The notes beneath the pieces were generated by a model. The model was not told where the DNA came from and made no database searches. It saw only the letters and a program-made list of their open reading frames with translations. This document shows positions 58,349 through 64,000 of a stretch of DNA of 64,000 bases, piece by piece. This stretch comes from a bacterium. Its GTDB lineage: Bacteria; UBA8248; JACPRG01; G963555815. Numbering within the stretch: position 1 is the stretch's first letter; the number at the start of each line of letters is the position of its first letter. Made by a program: the position numbers and the translations under genes. The stretch lies in assembly GCA_965249615.1 (NCBI GenBank), contig CBDFMI010000006.1:444132-508131 (forward strand), written 5' to 3'.

Positions 58349-58421
58349 TCCCCGGGGGCTCTTGGGTCTTCGCGCCCCCGGCGGCCCGGGAAATACCGCC
58401 TCTTCCCCGCTAAGGACTGCC

Positions 58422-61181
58422 ATGTGGCGCGCCAGACGCAAGCCACGCTGGGGACGGCGACTGGCCGCCGCCTTTGGGCTGCTGGTTGTTCTCCTAGTCG
58501 TCCTTCTTTTTGCCCTTCCCGTTATCCTCCGCTTGGATGCCCTGCGTAACCGAATCGTTCAGGAGTTGAGCCAACAGCTTGCGCGACCGGTGAACGCCGA
58601 GGCTATGCGGTTCAGGATCTTCCCCTCCGCCCGGTTGGAACTGGAGGGGGTGAGCCTCCTGGACCCACCCGACTTCGGCGGCCAACCGGCCCTGACAGCA
58701 CGAAGCCTAGGCGCCCACCTTCGGCTCTTTCCTTTATTGCAACGTCGGCTGGAGATCACAAGCATCGATCTGAGGAAGCCGGTGATCACCCTTCGCCGCG
58801 TTCCGGGTGGGGGGTACAACCTTTTCGGGCCGGCCCCCGCAGGGGAAGAGGTGCCGCCTGGGGGAGGGGAGGAGTCGCCTCCCGCCGGACCCGGCCTCAC
58901 TCCCACCGAACCCGAGTCCCCCCTAGTCTCGCCTCTGGCGGGCCTCCTGATTGCCCGCCTCGGAGTGCGCGATGGGGAATTTCGCCTGGAGCCCGAGATC
59001 GGGAGGACTGAGGCCTTCGCGCTCAAGGGGGTTGATATTGACTTCAGCCAGCCAGCCTTGGGTTCAACGGTAGAGTTCCGCATGAGGGTCCGAGAGCCAA
59101 ACCTCCAATTCACCGCTGAGGCAGGGCCCTTTGAGGACTTTTCGACCTTCCCCACGACCTTCCCCGCGGAGGGAGAACTTCAAATCGGGGGGTTGAGTGT
59201 CGAGACCCTTCAGCCCCTCCTCGCGCGGACCTTTCGAAGGGCCCCCTTTGTCCCGACGGCGGGGAAGGTGGAAGGTGCCCTGCGCTTTATGGGAAACCCC
59301 TCTGAGACCCTTACCCTCCAGGGAGAGCTCTTTCTCTCCGGCCTCCAAGCCTCTTTCCTGGGGAAGCCGGTTCAACAGGCAAGGGGCGAAGAGTTCCGCA
59401 TCCTTCCCAGAATAGAGCTTCAAATTTCGGAGAGTCCAAGCTTGAACGCCGAGGTAGACCTCTTTCCCAAGGCGGGCCGGTTGAAGCTCAGGGCCAAGGC
59501 CGAGGGTATTCACAGAAGCAGCCATTGGCAGGGGTCTCTGGATGGCCCGCAACTTATTCTGACCGAGCTCCTCCCCCTCCTTAAAGCCCTTGCGAGTCCT
59601 TCTTTGGATTCCCTCGAGGCGGATGGGTTCTCCTCTCTGAAGGCCTCCTTTGAGCGCTCGCAGACGGTCTCTACCTTTCACCTGGAGTGGGACGCCCTGG
59701 CGTCGGAGATCCGGTTCGGAGACTTTTTTGGAAAGGGCCGCGGAGTTCCCATGCGCCTTACGGCCGACGCCGTGCGAAAGGAGAACAGCCTGGAGGTCAA
59801 CCCGTTGAGGCTAAAGCTTCGACAGCTGGAGCTCGAGGGATCGCTGATCGCCGAAGCTTTTGGGTCGGGCCCATTACGCCTCAATGCCTCTTCGGGGAAT
59901 TTCCCCCTGGAGGGCCTCGATGAGCTGGTGCCGTTGCTCAAGGCCTATGCCCCGGCGGGCGAGGCCCGGCTGACGATTGCCGCCGTGGGTACCGCCGAAG
60001 AGATTGCCTCGGGAAGGCATCAGGCGGAGATCCTTCTGGAAAAGGCCGCCTTCAGTCTCCCGGGGTTCCCACACCGGGTCAGGGACCTGGAGGGGTTGAT
60101 CCTCGCATCCCTCGGATCTCTTCAACTCTCTGGACTGAAGGCGCTGATCGGGGAATCGGCCCTTGAGATCGAGGCCCAGCTGACGGATTGGAATTCGCCC
60201 CGACTGACTTTCGACGTGCGGGCCCCGCGATTCATCCTGGATGATCTTTTGCCGCCTAAGGGACCCCCCAGGGCGGTTTCGCGCCCTCCCCTCATCCAAA
60301 AGGCCGCCTGGTCTCTCTTCGCGCAGGCCCCGGAAGAAGTCCAGGAGCAGTCCTCCAAATCTTTTCCTCTACTGGCTCGGGCGGAGGCTGAGGGTTCCAT
60401 CCAGGTAGATGAGGGCGCAGCCTTTGGGACAATCTTCCAGAACCTCAAGTCCTCCGTTCAGCTTTCTGAAGGGGTGCTTCGGGCCGACGGGCTGAGGGCG
60501 GAGATCTACGGAGGGACCCTAGAGGGAGAGGGGGAGATGGAAGTGGGAGTTGACCGCCCCGCCTACAAGGCCCGAATTCAAGTTGACGACGCCCGGGTCG
60601 AGGCGCTTCTCGCAGCCTTCGGTGCCTCCAAGGCGCCTCTCGCGGGGCAATTTCGTCTCCAGGGAGATTTCGAGGGCCTGGGTTTCGGCAAAGAGGACAT
60701 AACGAACGGGCTTTCGGGCATGGGAGAGATCTCCCTGACTGATGGGGAGCTCTCCGGCGTTGGATTCCTGGAAGAATTGGAGGCGCTCCTCCAGGTGTCC
60801 GGCCTCTTCTCTGAAGAGGCCGGAAGGATTCGCTTTCGTTCACTTCAAGGCCCCTTCCATTTGGAAGAGGGGCGGCTTTCCTTGCCGGATATCGAGCTCG
60901 TGGCGGACAAGGTGACTCTCCGTGGCGAGGGCCACGTCGGCCTGGACGGGACAGTGGACCTTGAAGTGAGGGCCCTTTTCTCCGACTCGATGAGCCGTCG
61001 GCTCATCCGGGGGATACTGGGGCCCTTGTTCCCGGAGGGAGAGCGGGTCGAGGTGCCTTTCCGGGTGAAAGGCCCCCTTGACTCTCCTGCTGTGCGCCTG
61101 GACCCGGACTTCCTGAAAGAGCGTCTGGGGGAAGACCCCACGCGGGTGCTGGGTGACGTCCTGAAGAGGCTCCTTCGTTGA
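58422..61181 (+). CDS. AsmA-family outer-membrane assembly protein (alternative start 58362)
   Basis: N-terminal TM anchor then a long beta-rich periplasmic domain; the AsmA-like N-terminus ...ALPVILRLDALRNRIVQELSQQLARPV is a typical family start. Confidence 0.6.
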   Translation: MWRARRKPRWGRRLAAAFGLLVVLLVVLLFALPVILRLDALRNRIVQELSQQLARPVNAEAMRFRIFPSARLELEGVSLLDPPDFGGQPALTARSLGAHLRLFPLLQRRLEITSIDLRKPVITLRRVPGGGYNLFGPAPAGEEVPPGGGEESPPAGPGLTPTEPESPLVSPLAGLLIARLGVRDGEFRLEPEIGRTEAFALKGVDIDFSQPALGSTVEFRMRVREPNLQFTAEAGPFEDFSTFPTTFPAEGELQIGGLSVETLQPLLARTFRRAPFVPTAGKVEGALRFMGNPSETLTLQGELFLSGLQASFLGKPVQQARGEEFRILPRIELQISESPSLNAEVDLFPKAGRLKLRAKAEGIHRSSHWQGSLDGPQLILTELLPLLKALASPSLDSLEADGFSSLKASFERSQTVSTFHLEWDALASEIRFGDFFGKGRGVPMRLTADAVRKENSLEVNPLRLKLRQLELEGSLIAEAFGSGPLRLNASSGNFPLEGLDELVPLLKAYAPAGEARLTIAAVGTAEEIASGRHQAEILLEKAAFSLPGFPHRVRDLEGLILASLGSLQLSGLKALIGESALEIEAQLTDWNSPRLTFDVRAPRFILDDLLPPKGPPRAVSRPPLIQKAAWSLFAQAPEEVQEQSSKSFPLLARAEAEGSIQVDEGAAFGTIFQNLKSSVQLSEGVLRADGLRAEIYGGTLEGEGEMEVGVDRPAYKARIQVDDARVEALLAAFGASKAPLAGQFRLQGDFEGLGFGKEDITNGLSGMGEISLTDGELSGVGFLEELEALLQVSGLFSEEAGRIRFRSLQGPFHLEEGRLSLPDIELVADKVTLRGEGHVGLDGTVDLEVRALFSDSMSRRLIRGILGPLFPEGERVEVPFRVKGPLDSPAVRLDPDFLKERLGEDPTRVLGDVLKRLLR

Positions 61182-61194
61182 GAACGAGATCTTT

Positions 61195-62424
61195 TTGGAG
61201 GGGTGGCTGAGAGTGACTCAGATCAAGCTCCCCGACGCCTTGGTGGTTAGCCAGACGTCCAAGATCGTCTTTCTCATCCTGGACGGGCTTGGGGACCTCC
61301 CCGATGGGCCTTCCGCGAAGACCCCTCTTGAGGCCGCCTGGACGCCGCACCTGGACGACCTTTGCGCCGCTGGTGTCTGCGGTCTCCTGGACCCTGTCTC
61401 ACCCGGTATCACACCCGGGAGCGGACCGGGCCATCTCGCCCTCTTTGGCTACGATCCGCTGGCTCATCAGGTGGGCCGGGGGGTCCTCTCCGCCCTGGGT
61501 CTTGATTTTCGTCTGGGGCCGGGGGATCTGGCCGCTCGCATGAATTTTGCGACGCTGGATAAGGCCGGAAATATCACGGACCGACGTGCCGGACGGATCG
61601 ACGACGACTTGAACCGGCGTCTGACCGACCTCCTCAACCAGGGAATCAAATTGGGAGAGGGGGTGCAGTGCTTTGTCCAGACGGAGAGGGAGCATCGGGC
61701 CCTGGTGGTCATTCGGGGGGATGGCCTCTCGGCCGAGGTGTCGGACACTGATCCCCAAAGGACCGGGGTGCCGCCCAGCCCCGCCCGGGCTAGCGGTTCC
61801 TCCGGGACCCGTTCGGCGGAGCTCGTCAACGCCTTTGTGGCCCAGGCAACTGAGCTCCTGCGGGAGCAACCCCGGGCGAACGGAGTCCTTTTGCGGGGGT
61901 TCGACACGCTGAGGCAGCTTCCCTCTATGAAGGAGAGATATGACCTTCGCTGCCTTGCCATCGCGGGATATCCCATGTACCGGGGCCTCGCCCGCCTGGT
62001 GGGCATGGAGGCTCACCCCGGTTCGTCAGACCTTGAGGAACAGATAAAAATTCTGGCTCAGAATTTTAAGGCCTTTGATTTCTTCTATCTCCACGTCAAG
62101 GCCACCGACCTCTTTGGAGAGGACGGAAATTTTGAAGGAAAGAGGCAAGCCATTGAAGCAGTAGATCGGGTGGTTCCACAGATTGTCGATCTCCGCCCAG
62201 ACGTCCTCGTCGTGACCGGGGACCACTCGACCCCGGCCTCCATGCGGGCTCATAGCTGGCACCCGGTCCCCGTCCTGCTCTGGGCAGCGAGATGCCGGCC
62301 CGATGAACTAAAGACCTTTGGAGAGCGGGCCTGTCTTCGGGGGGGGCTTGGCCGCCAACTCATGCGCCATCTCATGGCCCTTGCCCTCGCCCACGGGGGC
62401 CGCTTGGCCAAGTATGGGGCCTGA
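61195..62424 (+). CDS. apgM: Cofactor-independent phosphoglycerate mutase, archaeal type (ApgM family)
   Basis: KIVFLILDGLGDLP...TPHLDDL...VTGDHSTP are metalloenzyme-superfamily motifs of archaeal-type iPGM; 409 aa. Start may be GTG 61213. Confidence 0.75.
   Translation: MEGWLRVTQIKLPDALVVSQTSKIVFLILDGLGDLPDGPSAKTPLEAAWTPHLDDLCAAGVCGLLDPVSPGITPGSGPGHLALFGYDPLAHQVGRGVLSALGLDFRLGPGDLAARMNFATLDKAGNITDRRAGRIDDDLNRRLTDLLNQGIKLGEGVQCFVQTEREHRALVVIRGDGLSAEVSDTDPQRTGVPPSPARASGSSGTRSAELVNAFVAQATELLREQPRANGVLLRGFDTLRQLPSMKERYDLRCLAIAGYPMYRGLARLVGMEAHPGSSDLEEQIKILAQNFKAFDFFYLHVKATDLFGEDGNFEGKRQAIEAVDRVVPQIVDLRPDVLVVTGDHSTPASMRAHSWHPVPVLLWAARCRPDELKTFGERACLRGGLGRQLMRHLMALALAHGGRLAKYGA

Positions 62425-64000
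<1,576 letters not shown>

Noticed and set aside
58349-58421. CCGGGGGC...GCCCCCGG inverted repeat after cpoB as terminator
   Set aside because: 14-nt loop and no T-tract. Weak, and the next gene (asmA-like) may be co-transcribed.

Overview
High-GC bacterial chromosomal window; the FBP aldolase/phosphatase and archaeal-type iPGM suggest a deep-branching lineage. Largely housekeeping genes: cold-shock protein, GcvH, a complex-I-like operon nuoABCDHJKLMN on the minus strand, ThyX, pyruvate kinase, dnaN, acpS, mreB, cvpA, a complete tolQRAB-pal-cpoB cluster, an AsmA-like protein and a partial ligA. The accessory part is a roughly 13 kb block (7.6-21.9 kb). It holds two tandem membrane-anchored sulfatase/LtaS-like paralogs, the second split by an in-frame TAA. 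These are followed by a five-gene operon with start/stop overlaps (three type-I-phosphodiesterase-like alkaline-phosphatase-family (AP-family) enzymes, a flippase-like membrane protein and a GT4 glycosyltransferase) and by a convergent sat-cysC PAPS-synthesis pair. Most striking: five otherwise unrelated proteins in this block (two sulfatase-like, two AP-family, and the cytoplasmic APS kinase) end in the same extreme C-terminal motif [KR]-L-[KR]-x-L-G-Y-[VILE]-[ED]-stop. I interpret this as a shared C-terminal recognition/docking tag for an undescribed envelope-glycoconjugate modification (possibly sulfation) module. Second candidate: a DsbA/FrnE-like thioredoxin-fold gene with an in-frame TGA exactly at the first Cys of the CPxC redox motif (CxxU), with a downstream stem-loop, consistent with a selenoprotein. 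Also noted: a near-identical 38-bp sigma70-like promoter copy in front of two distant genes; complex I lacking nuoEFG and nuoI with an N-terminal repeat extension on NuoC; and several genes with in-frame stops or frameshifts (M28 peptidase, eIF-2B-like), which may reflect pseudogenisation or assembly quality. No tRNA, rRNA, CRISPR or transposase was recognised.
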